Shown here in pieces: positions 1 through 10,320 of a stretch of DNA of 64,000 nt. Source of the DNA: Promethearchaeota archaeon. Its GTDB lineage: Archaea > Asgardarchaeota > Lokiarchaeia > Sigyniarchaeales > SOKP01. Under the pieces are notes generated by a model. The model ran no database searches and had not been told where the DNA came from. It worked only from the letters and a program-made list of their open reading frames with translations. How positions within the stretch are numbered: the first letter of the stretch is position 1; each line of letters opens with the position of its first letter. A program made the translations under genes and the position numbers. The stretch lies in the NCBI GenBank assembly GCA_011364925.1, contig RDOA01000005.1, positions 1 through 64,000 of the forward strand. Reading direction: 5' to 3'.

Positions 1-1920
1 CCCTTCAATAGCTTTTTTAGCGTTATCAAGGGCACCTCCACCAGTATTTAACACGAATCCTAAAATTATACCGGATACTGTTCCAGATATAATAAAGGCT
101 GCTAAAGCAATTGGACCGAATAAAAATCCAATAGCAAGAGGAGTCAAAGTAGGTAATAGTGCTGGAAAAATCATTTGTTTTAATGCTACTTTGGTACCAG
201 TATCAATACACTTAGCATAATCGGGTAATGATCTATTTTCAAGTATTCCCGGATCTTCTTTAAATTGGCGTTGTATTTCTTTAATCATTCCAGAAGCTGC
301 TACTCCTGCGGCTCTAATTGCAAATGCTGAAAACACAAATGGAATCACTGCGCCAATCAATAATGAACACAAAATGATTGGATCAACAATATTTACAATT
401 TCATCCTTAATTTCGTCTAAATATGCTTCAAATAAAATTATAGCAGACAATGCAGCACAAGTAATACCAAAACCCTTTGCTAATGCTTTAGTTGTATTGC
501 CAACAGCATCTAGCCTATCTAAATTATATCGTACTTTTTCTCCTTGATGTGACATTTCTGCTATTCCAGCGGCATTATCAGATACCGGTCCAAATCCATC
601 AAAAGCTAAGATTATCGTTGTAATTGACAATAAACCCATCGTTGTAATAGTTATCCCGAATACACCTCCTAAATACATGCTCCTTGTAGGATCAGGATCT
701 AAACTGATCCCCAGGCCGGGGGTACCGTATAGTTCACCAAGAAAGAAGCTTAAAATGATTCCTACTACAAATGAGATTATTGGGATGGTAGGGGATTCTA
801 AACCAAGTGATAATCCGCTAATTACATTCGTTGCTGAACCCGTTTCGGAACTTTTAATTACATGTTTTACAGGTTTATATCTCGAAGAAGTATAATAATC
901 TACTATATAATATGTTGATAAACCCAAAAAGATTCCTAAAACTGAGCAGGCAAACAAATAGTACCATCCTGTTGGAAAGGAAATCAATGTTAAAATTAAG
1001 AAAATGATGATATTGAAAATCGCTGTAGCAATGAGACTTCTAGCAAATGCAGCGATAGGAGATTTATCTTTTTCTTTAATCTTTACAAAAAAACCTCCAA
1101 AAATACCACCGATATTTCCTAACGCTCTTGATATTAAGGAAAAAATTATAAATAATGGATTGCCAGTAGCTGCACTTAAAGCTACTCCGATTATCATAGC
1201 AGCGATGTTATTAGCGGATGAAGATTCAAAGAGATCAGCGCCTCTACCTGCACAATCTCCGACATTATCTCCAACATTGTCTGCTATAGCAGCGGGATTA
1301 CGTATATCGTCCTCAGGTAACCCATGTTCTAGTTTTCCTACTAAATCTGCTCCAATATCTGCTCCTTTTGTAAATATTCCTCCTCCTAATTGAGCAAATA
1401 ATGCTGAGAAAGAGGCTCCAAAAGCAAATCCAACAATATTTTGAGTAGTAAAATTAAATATGATATATAAAACACTTATACCTAATAAGGATATAGAGAT
1501 TACTGAAACTCCAATAATCATCCCAGCATTAAATCCTATCTTCAAAGCACTATTTAAATCACTTTTGCAAGCCTGTGTTACTTTCACATTTGCTAATGTG
1601 GATGCAATCATACTGATATAACTTGCAATTAGAGATGAAACTGCTCCAATTAAAAAAGAAATAGAAATAGAGAGAAGTATAGGGACTACAAAGGAAAAAC
1701 TAAAAAGTAAAGCAAAAAGGATTACCAATACTATAGCAATTGTTTTAAATTGCCTTTTTAGATATGCGTTCGACCCTAGCTTTATTAAATCGTGGATCTT
1801 TATCATATCTTCAGACCCATTGTCTAAATGTGATAATTTTCTCATTAGATAAATTATGTAAACCAACCCAATAATAGATAGAATTATCCCCAATAAAAAA
1901 AAGAGCCAATATAGAAACAT
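1..1920 (-). CDS. hppA: Membrane-bound proton-translocating pyrophosphatase, K+-independent type (3' end beyond window; absent from ORF track)
   Basis: Manual translation from ATG at 1920 gives MFLYWLFFLLG... with GIFTKGADIGADLVGKLEHGLPEDDIRNPAAIADNVGDNVGD, DAVGNTTKA (Lys marks K+-independence) and GGALDNAKK. Confidence 0.95.
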   Translation of the reverse strand, partial: MFLYWLFFLLGIILSIIGLVYIIYLMRKLSHLDNGSEDMIKIHDLIKLGSNAYLKRQFKTIAIVLVILFALLFSFSFVVPILLSISISFLIGAVSSLIASYISMIASTLANVKVTQACKSDLNSALKIGFNAGMIIGVSVISISLLGISVLYIIFNFTTQNIVGFAFGASFSALFAQLGGGIFTKGADIGADLVGKLEHGLPEDDIRNPAAIADNVGDNVGDCAGRGADLFESSSANNIAAMIIGVALSAATGNPLFIIFSLISRALGNIGGIFGGFFVKIKEKDKSPIAAFARSLIATAIFNIIIFLILTLISFPTGWYYLFACSVLGIFLGLSTYYIVDYYTSSRYKPVKHVIKSSETGSATNVISGLSLGLESPTIPIISFVVGIILSFFLGELYGTPGLGISLDPDPTRSMYLGGVFGITITTMGLLSITTIILAFDGFGPVSDNAAGIAEMSHQGEKVRYNLDRLDAVGNTTKALAKGFGITCAALSAIILFEAYLDEIKDEIVNIVDPIILCSLLIGAVIPFVFSAFAIRAAGVAASGMIKEIQRQFKEDPGILENRSLPDYAKCIDTGTKVALKQMIFPALLPTLTPLAIGFLFGPIALAAFIISGTVSGIILGFVLNTGGGALDNAKKAIEG

Positions 1921-2245
1921 TTTTCATTCAATTTTAATTGTATATTTTACTTTAATTCAGATGGGAAACCTTTTAAATAATCTCATAAAATTTTATAAAT
2001 CAGAGAGAAATTGAAAAAGTCAATTTCCATTATACGTAAATAATTTTTATTATCTCAAAGCAATACAAATGAGAATTTTTTGAGTGATTTATCTATTTAT
2101 TTCCAAAACAGTGTCCTATACTCTTCTTATTCATATTCTACCAATACTATCTCCTAATCTTAATTTTTTTAAGGAAAATTCTTATTAAACAAAAAATCAT
2201 TTTGATCATAATTGTTCAAGACCTACTTTTAAGGTGTAATTAAAA

Positions 2246-3961
2246 ATTACAAATGATAAAAAAAATCAGGAGATTGCATATTTCTCAATGGAAATAGCAT
2301 TAGAAAGCAGTGTCCCAATTTATTCTGGTGGTTTAGGTATTTTGGCAGGAGATGCACTCCGATCTGCTGCAGATATGGGTGTACCGATGGTTGCAGTAAC
2401 TTTAACTTATGATGCCGGTTATTTCTATCAAGAAATTACACCAGAAGGATATCAAGTCGAACATGATATGGAATGGGATTTTAGTAATGATTTTGAGAGA
2501 ATTAATGAGAGAGTTCAACTTAATATCCAAGATAAAGCGATAATTATTGAAGCATGGCGTTATAACATTATAGGAAGAACTGGTCATATAGTACCAGTGA
2601 TTCTACTTGATACAGACTTACTAGATAATGAACCTTGGCAGAGAAAACTTACCCATATTTTATATGATGCAGATAAATTTCAACGGATTACTCAGGAAAT
2701 GATTTTAGGAATAGGTGGACTTAGAATGCTAGATAAATTAGGTTATAACAATATTAAGACCTATCATTTAAATGAAGGGCACGCCGCTTTTTTAATCCTT
2801 GAATTACTTAAAAAATATAAAGACATAAATCAAGTAAAACAAAGAGTTTGTTTCACAACGCATACTCCGGTCAGAGCTGGACTTGAGGAATTTGATTATA
2901 ATTTAGCCAAGGATGTTTTTAGATCTTATTTACCTGATAATATACAAGATTATGCTGGTAAAAATACGCTTAATATGACTATTTTAGCTCTAAATTTTAG
3001 TAGATATGTCAATGCAGTTTCAAAAAAGCATCTTGAAATTACTAAAAGAATGTTTCCTAATTATGATATTGATTCTATTACTAATGGTGTCCATGCAGGA
3101 TATTGGTTATCACCATATATGAGGAATTTTTTTAATAATGAGTTTGGAAGAGATTGGCATCATAATTTGGCACTTTTAAGAGATGCTGAAAATCTTGACA
3201 GCTTTGAACTATGGAGAACACATAATAAAGCTAAGCGTGATTTAATCGAATATGAAAAATCTCATTCATGGATATTGCTAAATGATAGGTTGTTAACTAT
3301 AGGATTTGCAAGACGATTTGCAGAATATAAACGTCCACTTCTAATCTTTTCCGAGATGGAAAAATTAGCTAAGATTATTAAAGGAAAAGCTCAATTAATT
3401 TTCGCGGGAAAGGCTCATCCAGCTGATCTTCAATCAAAATCGCTTATCAAAAAAATATTTGATTTTAGTGATTATTTATGGAATTCATATCAAATTGGGG
3501 TTGTATTTTTAGAGAATTATGAAATTACATTAGCAAAATTATTAACAAGTGGCGTTGATATTTGGCTAAATAATCCAAGAAGATATCTTGAAGCAAGTGG
3601 AACAAGTGGGATGAAAGCGGCATTGAACGGTGTTCTAAATTTAAGTGTGTTAGATGGATGGTGGATTGAAGGGTATAGCATTTCAAATGGAAAAGCAGGT
3701 TGGTCTATTGGCCCCGAACCTTCTGATCCTAATGCTGAAAAGGCAGATGACAAAGTGGATGCTGTAGATCTGTATCAGAAATTAGAAAATGAAATCATTC
3801 CTCTATATTATAATAATCAAGACGAGTGGAGAGAAATGATGAAACAAGCTATTAAATTAGGTGCATACTTTAATACTAATCGAATGGTCGAAGAATATGC
3901 AAGAAAATCTTACAACTTGATAAAGCAACCATTGTGGAAAAGTCAAAACATTGGATTTTAA
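2246..3961 (+). CDS. glgP: Alpha-glucan (glycogen/maltodextrin) phosphorylase; probable ATT start at 2246 (ORF track starts at 2288)
   Basis: IAYFSMEIAL...YSGGLGILAGD, HLNEGHAAF, FARRFAEYKR, EASGTSGMK (PLP lysine); the conserved IAYFS lies upstream of the first ATG. Confidence 0.93.
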   Translation: MTNDKKNQEIAYFSMEIALESSVPIYSGGLGILAGDALRSAADMGVPMVAVTLTYDAGYFYQEITPEGYQVEHDMEWDFSNDFERINERVQLNIQDKAIIIEAWRYNIIGRTGHIVPVILLDTDLLDNEPWQRKLTHILYDADKFQRITQEMILGIGGLRMLDKLGYNNIKTYHLNEGHAAFLILELLKKYKDINQVKQRVCFTTHTPVRAGLEEFDYNLAKDVFRSYLPDNIQDYAGKNTLNMTILALNFSRYVNAVSKKHLEITKRMFPNYDIDSITNGVHAGYWLSPYMRNFFNNEFGRDWHHNLALLRDAENLDSFELWRTHNKAKRDLIEYEKSHSWILLNDRLLTIGFARRFAEYKRPLLIFSEMEKLAKIIKGKAQLIFAGKAHPADLQSKSLIKKIFDFSDYLWNSYQIGVVFLENYEITLAKLLTSGVDIWLNNPRRYLEASGTSGMKAALNGVLNLSVLDGWWIEGYSISNGKAGWSIGPEPSDPNAEKADDKVDAVDLYQKLENEIIPLYYNNQDEWREMMKQAIKLGAYFNTNRMVEEYARKSYNLIKQPLWKSQNIGF

Positions 3962-4187
3962 ACCTACGATCTTAAAGAATCGTTAAAAGTCTTTCAGGAC
4001 AATATTTCTTTTAAATCTAGCTTAATTAAATCAAGCACTTTAGGGATATATAACCTAACAATTTGCGAATCTTGTTTATAATTTTTAGAATAAATATTTA
4101 TAAAATAGTATGTATCTTATAGGCTTAATACGAATTGTTTAGTTCTGAGCTAGAATTCAGAATTAATTTAAATCAAAAATTAAAAAA

Positions 4188-6683
4188 GTGTTAAAATTGG
4201 AAGAAAACGTATTAACTACAGAAGCAGCAAAAACAATGGATATTAAGGAAATATATTCCCAGCTAAAAACTGATAAAACAGGATTGAGTAGTGCGGATGC
4301 AGAAAAAAGGTTAGAACAATATGGTTATAATGAAATTCCTGAGAAGAAAGTTCGACCGATTATAAGATTTCTCAAAAATTTCTGGGGGCCTATACCTTGG
4401 ATGATAGAAATTGCCGCGATTTTATCAATAATAATAAATCACTGGGACGATTTTGCTATAATTACCGCGATGCTTTTAATAAATAGTGTTGTTAGGTTTT
4501 GGGAAGAAAACAAAGCAGATAATGCTATAGCACTATTAAAAGAAAAACTAGCGTTGAGAGCTAAGGTTCGACGAGACGGAAAATGGGATGAAATAGAGGC
4601 TAGGTTATTGGTGCCTGGAGATATCGTTCATCTTAGATTAGGAGATATTATCCCTGCGGATGTAAAATTAATCGATGGAGAATATCTCACAGTCGATGAA
4701 TCGGTTTTAACTGGTGAATCATTACCTGTTGATAAAAAGGTTTCAGATTTGGGATATGAAGGGGCAATAATTCGTCAGGGTGAAATGGATGGAATTGTAG
4801 TAGGTACTGCCTTGAATACATTTTTTGGAAAAACAACGCAATTAGTCCAACAAGCAAAAACAAAAAGCCATTTTCAAAAAGCAATTGTCAAAATTGGTAA
4901 TTATCTTATCATTATAGCGGTTATACTTGTCGTAATTGTATTTATTGTTGGAATCATAAGGGATTTAGAATACTCTGGACACCAGAGTATATTTGGTTTA
5001 CTCCAATTTGCGTTAGTTTTAATGGTAGCTGCTATCCCAGTGGCATTACCCGCAGTTATGATGGTGTCAATGGCGGTAGGTGCAACAAAGTTAGCAAAAA
5101 AAAAAGCCATTGTCAGTAAGTTACTTTCAATTGAAGAGGCGGCAAGCGTAGACGTTTTATGTAGTGATAAAACGGGTACATTAACAAAAAATCAAATTTC
5201 TATTGCTAAAATTATACCCTTTGGTAATTATTCGGAAAAAGATGTCATTCTTTATGGAAGTTTAGCATCAAAAGAGGAAAGTAGAGACCCTATAGATGAC
5301 GCTTTCTTTGATAAAGCTAAAGAAGAAACGGAAATTAACGCTTCGTTATCAGAATACAACCCAATATCTTTTATACCTTTTGACCCAGTAAAAAAACGGA
5401 CAGAAGCAAAATTAAAAAATAATTCGGGTGATGAAATTAGAGTTTCTAAAGGAGCTCTTCAAGTGATTTTAGATTTAGTTAAGAAAGATCAAGCTTTAGA
5501 AGATAAAGTCGATATGCAAGGAAAAGAATTTGCATCTCATGGATTTAGAGCACTTGGAATAGCAAAATCGGAAAATCAAGGGTTATGGGAGTACGTAGGG
5601 ATTGTCGCTTTGCATGATCCCCCTAGAGAAGATTCGCTTGAAACAATAAAAACAGCAAAATCTCTGGGAATAAATGTAAAAATGGTAACAGGAGATCATA
5701 TAGAAATTGCAAAACAAATAGCGGGAAATCTTGGAATTGGCACTAATATTGTTGTTTCTTCAGATATTATAGGAAAAGAAGACGAAAAGACCATAAATCT
5801 AGTTGAAAACGCAGATGGTTTTGCAGAAGTGTATCCAGAACATAAATACCATATTGTGGAACTTCTACAAAAGAAGGATCATGTTGTCGGGATGACTGGT
5901 GACGGAGTAAATGATGCACCAGCCTTAAAAAAAGCAGATATTGGTTTTGCCGTTTCCAATGCAACAGATGCAGCAAAATCTGCAGCTGATATAGTCTTAA
6001 CTGATCCAGGGATCTCCGTAATTGTTAAAGCGACTACAACAAGTCGGAAGATCTTTGAAAGAATGAAAAGCTATGCTGTATACCGAATTGCAGAAACTGT
6101 TCGAATATTGATCTTCTTAGTCCTTTCTATTACAATTTTCGCCTTTTATCCTATAACTGCGATAATGATCGTCATTTTAGCTCTTCTAAACGATTTGCCT
6201 ATAATGACAATTGCATTTGATAAAACTAGAATTGCTGAGAAGCCAGTCAGATGGAGGATGCAAAGGATTTTGATTTTATCTTCAGTATTAGGTATCGCTG
6301 GAGTTATCTTTAGTTTTTCTATATTTTTAATTGGTAAATTTGTATTTCTACTCGGTCTCTCAACGCTTCAAACGTTTATTTTCTTGAAATTGGCAGTAGC
6401 AGGGCATATGACAATATATCTTACGAGAACCGACAAAGATCATTTTTGGAAAAGACCCCTTCCATCAAAAATTCTCTTTATCACTTGTGAATCAACACAA
6501 GTAATAGCAACTATTTTTGCTGCGACGGGAATTTTTATGGCACCAATTGGGTGGGCATTAACAGGTTTTATATGGGTGTTCGCTCTCGCTGCGTTTGTTG
6601 GAAATGACTTTCTAAAAGTAGCGACGATAAAATGGCTTGATAGAAGAGATGCTAGAAAAAAAGAACTGGAAATAATAAAATGA
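4188..6683 (+). CDS. P-type ATPase, type IIIA plasma-membrane H+-ATPase family
   Basis: TGES, IPVALP, CSDKTGTLT, DPPREDS, TGDGVNDAPALKKAD and LNDLPIMTIA motifs. Confidence 0.93.
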   Translation: MLKLEENVLTTEAAKTMDIKEIYSQLKTDKTGLSSADAEKRLEQYGYNEIPEKKVRPIIRFLKNFWGPIPWMIEIAAILSIIINHWDDFAIITAMLLINSVVRFWEENKADNAIALLKEKLALRAKVRRDGKWDEIEARLLVPGDIVHLRLGDIIPADVKLIDGEYLTVDESVLTGESLPVDKKVSDLGYEGAIIRQGEMDGIVVGTALNTFFGKTTQLVQQAKTKSHFQKAIVKIGNYLIIIAVILVVIVFIVGIIRDLEYSGHQSIFGLLQFALVLMVAAIPVALPAVMMVSMAVGATKLAKKKAIVSKLLSIEEAASVDVLCSDKTGTLTKNQISIAKIIPFGNYSEKDVILYGSLASKEESRDPIDDAFFDKAKEETEINASLSEYNPISFIPFDPVKKRTEAKLKNNSGDEIRVSKGALQVILDLVKKDQALEDKVDMQGKEFASHGFRALGIAKSENQGLWEYVGIVALHDPPREDSLETIKTAKSLGINVKMVTGDHIEIAKQIAGNLGIGTNIVVSSDIIGKEDEKTINLVENADGFAEVYPEHKYHIVELLQKKDHVVGMTGDGVNDAPALKKADIGFAVSNATDAAKSAADIVLTDPGISVIVKATTTSRKIFERMKSYAVYRIAETVRILIFLVLSITIFAFYPITAIMIVILALLNDLPIMTIAFDKTRIAEKPVRWRMQRILILSSVLGIAGVIFSFSIFLIGKFVFLLGLSTLQTFIFLKLAVAGHMTIYLTRTDKDHFWKRPLPSKILFITCESTQVIATIFAATGIFMAPIGWALTGFIWVFALAAFVGNDFLKVATIKWLDRRDARKKELEIIK

Positions 6684-7024
6684 AATTAATTTTTATTTTT
6701 TTATAATTTTTTAAAACAAATCATCCAACAATCAGTATTTAGGAATAATTATCATATATTTCTTTTAGTTGGACTAGTATAGTAGCTAAAATATTACGAG
6801 TCATCCTTGAATGAAACCTTTTACATCTTAAAATTGCGAGATCAAAATTTTATTTATACCCTAATGATTATTTACAAAAATAAAGTAAAATTTCAATTTT
6901 TTTAACTCCATCTTACAATTTATTTTTATTCTTTAATGATTTGTAAGGAGAACGCTTATTATATGTATTCAAGTTTGAATATTAAGATTAAAAATAGATA
7001 ATATTGTTATGAGGTGTAGAATTA

Positions 7025-7480
7025 ATGTATAAAAAAATATTAGTCGGAATTGATGGTTCAGAAAGTTCTTTAGATGCAGTTAAAGAAGCATTAGAAATTC
7101 AAAAACGTGATAAAAGTGAAGTTACAGTATTTTATTCACTAACTTATAACCTATATGAATATATACCTACATTTACATTCTTAGGGAGACCTACTTCTGC
7201 TATTCCTTATGCACTTCAACATGAACAAATAAATGAGGTTAACGAACTTTTGAATTCCGTTCAAGAATTATTCGAAAAAGAAGGACAAAAAGTCGAAACA
7301 CGATTGATATTCGATATCAATCCCGAAGATTACATAAAAAAAGTAGCTAAAACGGAAAAATTTGACTTAGTGATTTTAGGGTCAAAAGAAAAACATTCGA
7401 AATTAAAAACCATATTTTCAGAGCCTATTCCGGATAAAGTTGTCAATAGCATTTCTAGTGATGTTCTTGTTGTAAGATAA
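7025..7480 (+). CDS. Universal stress protein (UspA family)
   Basis: MYKKILVGIDGSESS start, DLVILGS, ends SDVLVVR. Confidence 0.9.
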   Translation: MYKKILVGIDGSESSLDAVKEALEIQKRDKSEVTVFYSLTYNLYEYIPTFTFLGRPTSAIPYALQHEQINEVNELLNSVQELFEKEGQKVETRLIFDINPEDYIKKVAKTEKFDLVILGSKEKHSKLKTIFSEPIPDKVVNSISSDVLVVR

Positions 7481-7635
7481 GTATATTCACCAGGTTATAC
7501 TGAAGTCTTTCTTATCATTTTTTTCTTGTTTAAGTATTGAAAGTTTTGATTGAAACAAATTTATTTAAAATTTTTAATGTTAAGGTTTAAATATCCAGAA
7601 TTAATAGGTAAACAAAAATCTCTAAAGTGATTTAA

Positions 7636-8751
7636 ATGAAATTATTTAAAGTAAAAGGTATTATAATCTCTTTACATTTAAGTACTCTATTGATTATAGG
7701 GTTAGTTGGTTTCTACGCTGCAGATTATTATGCTACGATGGTATATGGAAGTAGTATAACGGAACTTATTGTTGTAGGATTAATTAATGGCTTGATTATT
7801 TTATTCTCCATTTTAATCCATGAATTAACTCATTCTTTAATCGCTCAGAAATATGGATTAAAAGTCTCAGAAATAGAATTATACTTATTTGGAGGTGTAT
7901 CTAAAATTGAACAGGAACCTACAACTCCTAAAAGCGAGCTTGTGATTTCGATATTTGGGCCTATTTCTAGTTTAATTATCGGTGGTTCATTTTTGGCAAT
8001 TTTATTTCTAGTGCCAATTAAAATGCTTCCAATCATTACTGTGACTTTATTTTATTCTGGAATATCAAATGTGGGCTTAGGTCTTTTTAATCTTATCCCA
8101 GCATACCCTGTTGATGGAGGACGTGTATTAAGAGCTATTTTATGGCAAAAAAGACATGATATATTATCCGCAACTAAAACGGCTGCTAGAGTAGGTAGCT
8201 TTCTTGCCTATGGATTAATGGCTTATGGATTTATTTCAATGCTATTTTATGGAATCTTTAGTGGTCTGTGGTTAATTATTATAGCATCATTTCTAAATAA
8301 TCAATCAAGACATGCTTACTTACAAACCTTTAATGAAATCGCTCTTTCAAAAGTAAGTGCTAGAGAATTAGCCAGAATATCTGAAGTAGCAATTCCATTT
8401 AATACGATTTTAAGTGAAGCTATTAATAAATTTTTTATGGTTTATAAAAAAACGTACTTTCCAGTATCAAAAGAAGGAGATATAGTTGGGATAATTCACA
8501 TGGAAGATATTAAACATATTCCCTATGATCAAAGAAACCATACGATAGTAGGATATCTTATGAAAAATCTCACTCATTTTCCAATGATCTCTGCAAATGA
8601 TACTGGAAAAGAGGCTTTAAATCAATTAATTAAAATGAAAACTAGACCTCATATAATAGTAGTTAAGAATATTGATCAAGCTAATACTTTAGGTTTTATA
8701 GGAGAAGAAGATATCGTAAGTTCATTGGAATTCTTAAAAAGTCAAATTTGA
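7636..8751 (+). CDS. Site-2 protease (M50) with C-terminal CBS pair
   Basis: HELTH, FNLIPAYPVDGGR, TM helices, CBS-like YFPVSKEGDIVGII. Confidence 0.9.
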   Translation: MKLFKVKGIIISLHLSTLLIIGLVGFYAADYYATMVYGSSITELIVVGLINGLIILFSILIHELTHSLIAQKYGLKVSEIELYLFGGVSKIEQEPTTPKSELVISIFGPISSLIIGGSFLAILFLVPIKMLPIITVTLFYSGISNVGLGLFNLIPAYPVDGGRVLRAILWQKRHDILSATKTAARVGSFLAYGLMAYGFISMLFYGIFSGLWLIIIASFLNNQSRHAYLQTFNEIALSKVSARELARISEVAIPFNTILSEAINKFFMVYKKTYFPVSKEGDIVGIIHMEDIKHIPYDQRNHTIVGYLMKNLTHFPMISANDTGKEALNQLIKMKTRPHIIVVKNIDQANTLGFIGEEDIVSSLEFLKSQI

Positions 8752-9082
8752 TTCTATTCACTTTTTTATTGTCTTCTTTGATAAAGGTATTAATTAAATT
8801 GTATTTTTACATGGATTAGATGGTCTAGACGATGTTATAAAAAAAAAAAAAAAATTATTCTAATGTAAAAAAATCCAACATTCTCTTTTTAATAGTATTT
8901 CGCATAAAATTTGGAATTGAATTTCGTCATTAAAGATATGGGTTAAACAATTAAAAGCGTTATATAGTAAATGAGGTTGAGTATTAATTAAAAGAATGTT
9001 TTAATATTACATAGTAACTTTAATTTGATTAGAAGAAATTTAATTCACACTATTAGTAGAAAAGAATGAGGGAATTGTAAAA

Positions 9083-10189
9083 ATGATTGATGGATTATTA
9101 ATCATTAATGACACGGGAGCGTTACTCTACAATTGGCATCCCAAGAACTATGAAGGTAATGGAAAGGACGATTTATTTAGTGGATTTTTAACTGCGATAA
9201 ATAGTTTTGCCACGGTAGAAAGAGGTGAGGATATAAAATCTCTAAAATTAAAAGAAACACAGCTAATATTTGAGAAATATGAGGAACTCACTCAAAAATT
9301 AACATTTGTTATTACCACTAAAAATGAGGAATTCATTGAACTATTACACGCTGTAATCCATGATCTTATGGATATATTTACGGAACAATTTCAAGAAAGC
9401 CTTAACAAACCTTTTGATGGTGCTGTTACACTCTACCAAAAATTTGGTATTCATGTCGATCAAATTCTTAAATCACATGGTTTGGATGTATTAGATGACG
9501 CTATAAGAGATATTGATGATTTCTCAACATTAAAAAGCATAGTATATCTCGAACCAAAAGGAGGAAATATTTACTACATCCACGCTAAGCAATATGTAAA
9601 CAAGGAGAAAATTAGTTTTTTAATCCCTCTACTCATGAATTCTGCTAAGCTATTATATCAAAATAATTTAAACGAACGGCTTTATTGGATTCTACTAAAT
9701 ACTGTTCGTAGTGAAATACTGGTAGTGGAGCCAAGGAATAAAGTTTTAATTGTTAAACAACACCAATTAACTGAAGATCTTGAGGAAGAATTTCTCTCTC
9801 TTGAATTCTTTAAAGATAAGGATAGATATATAAAAAAGCCTAAAAAACTAATAGAAAAATTTGAAAATATCGAATGGAATCCTTTTATTAAACAAATCTA
9901 TTTAGTTGATATGGTAGGTAAAATCTTTTATTCAAATCTAATAGATAATACTTTTGATTGTAGTGATTTTGTTCCTGAAACCATAAGTTTTTTAACATCT
10001 TCTAAGAAAATAAGCGATGAGATATATAACAGGACTCTGTTCAATGCAAGTATAGGAGGAGAAAAATTTGCTACTATATGTATTAATTTCAATAATTTTA
10101 CCTTAATTGTAATAGGTTCGATTAAGGATTTAAGTTCTTTTTCTATAATACAAGAACTATGCTCAGAGATATATCGGAAACTCAAATAA
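9083..10189 (+). CDS. Multi-domain longin/roadblock-like protein (eukaryotic signature protein)
   Basis: N-terminal GLLIINDTGALLY...DLFSGFLTAINSFA longin pattern; two further units starting KSIVYLEPKGGNIYY and KQIYLVDMVGKIFYS. Confidence 0.7.
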   Translation: MIDGLLIINDTGALLYNWHPKNYEGNGKDDLFSGFLTAINSFATVERGEDIKSLKLKETQLIFEKYEELTQKLTFVITTKNEEFIELLHAVIHDLMDIFTEQFQESLNKPFDGAVTLYQKFGIHVDQILKSHGLDVLDDAIRDIDDFSTLKSIVYLEPKGGNIYYIHAKQYVNKEKISFLIPLLMNSAKLLYQNNLNERLYWILLNTVRSEILVVEPRNKVLIVKQHQLTEDLEEEFLSLEFFKDKDRYIKKPKKLIEKFENIEWNPFIKQIYLVDMVGKIFYSNLIDNTFDCSDFVPETISFLTSSKKISDEIYNRTLFNASIGGEKFATICINFNNFTLIVIGSIKDLSSFSIIQELCSEIYRKLK

Positions 10190-10320
10190 ATTACCATTTT
10201 ATTAATGATATTGATTTAATTTATAACTGTAAAATTAATATTTAAGATGAACTTAAATTTAATTTATCTAATTTATTAAATCTAATATCGAGAATACAAT
10301 TTAATTGAGTGTGAAACTGA

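Noticed and set aside
677-1393. Plus-strand ORFs 677-895 and 1004-1393
   Set aside because: Antisense shadows of hppA, which carries all the family motifs on the minus strand
8839-8854. A16 homopolymer
   Set aside because: Intergenic and in an AT-rich context; no target-site duplication or retro-element features; its length may be an assembly artefact
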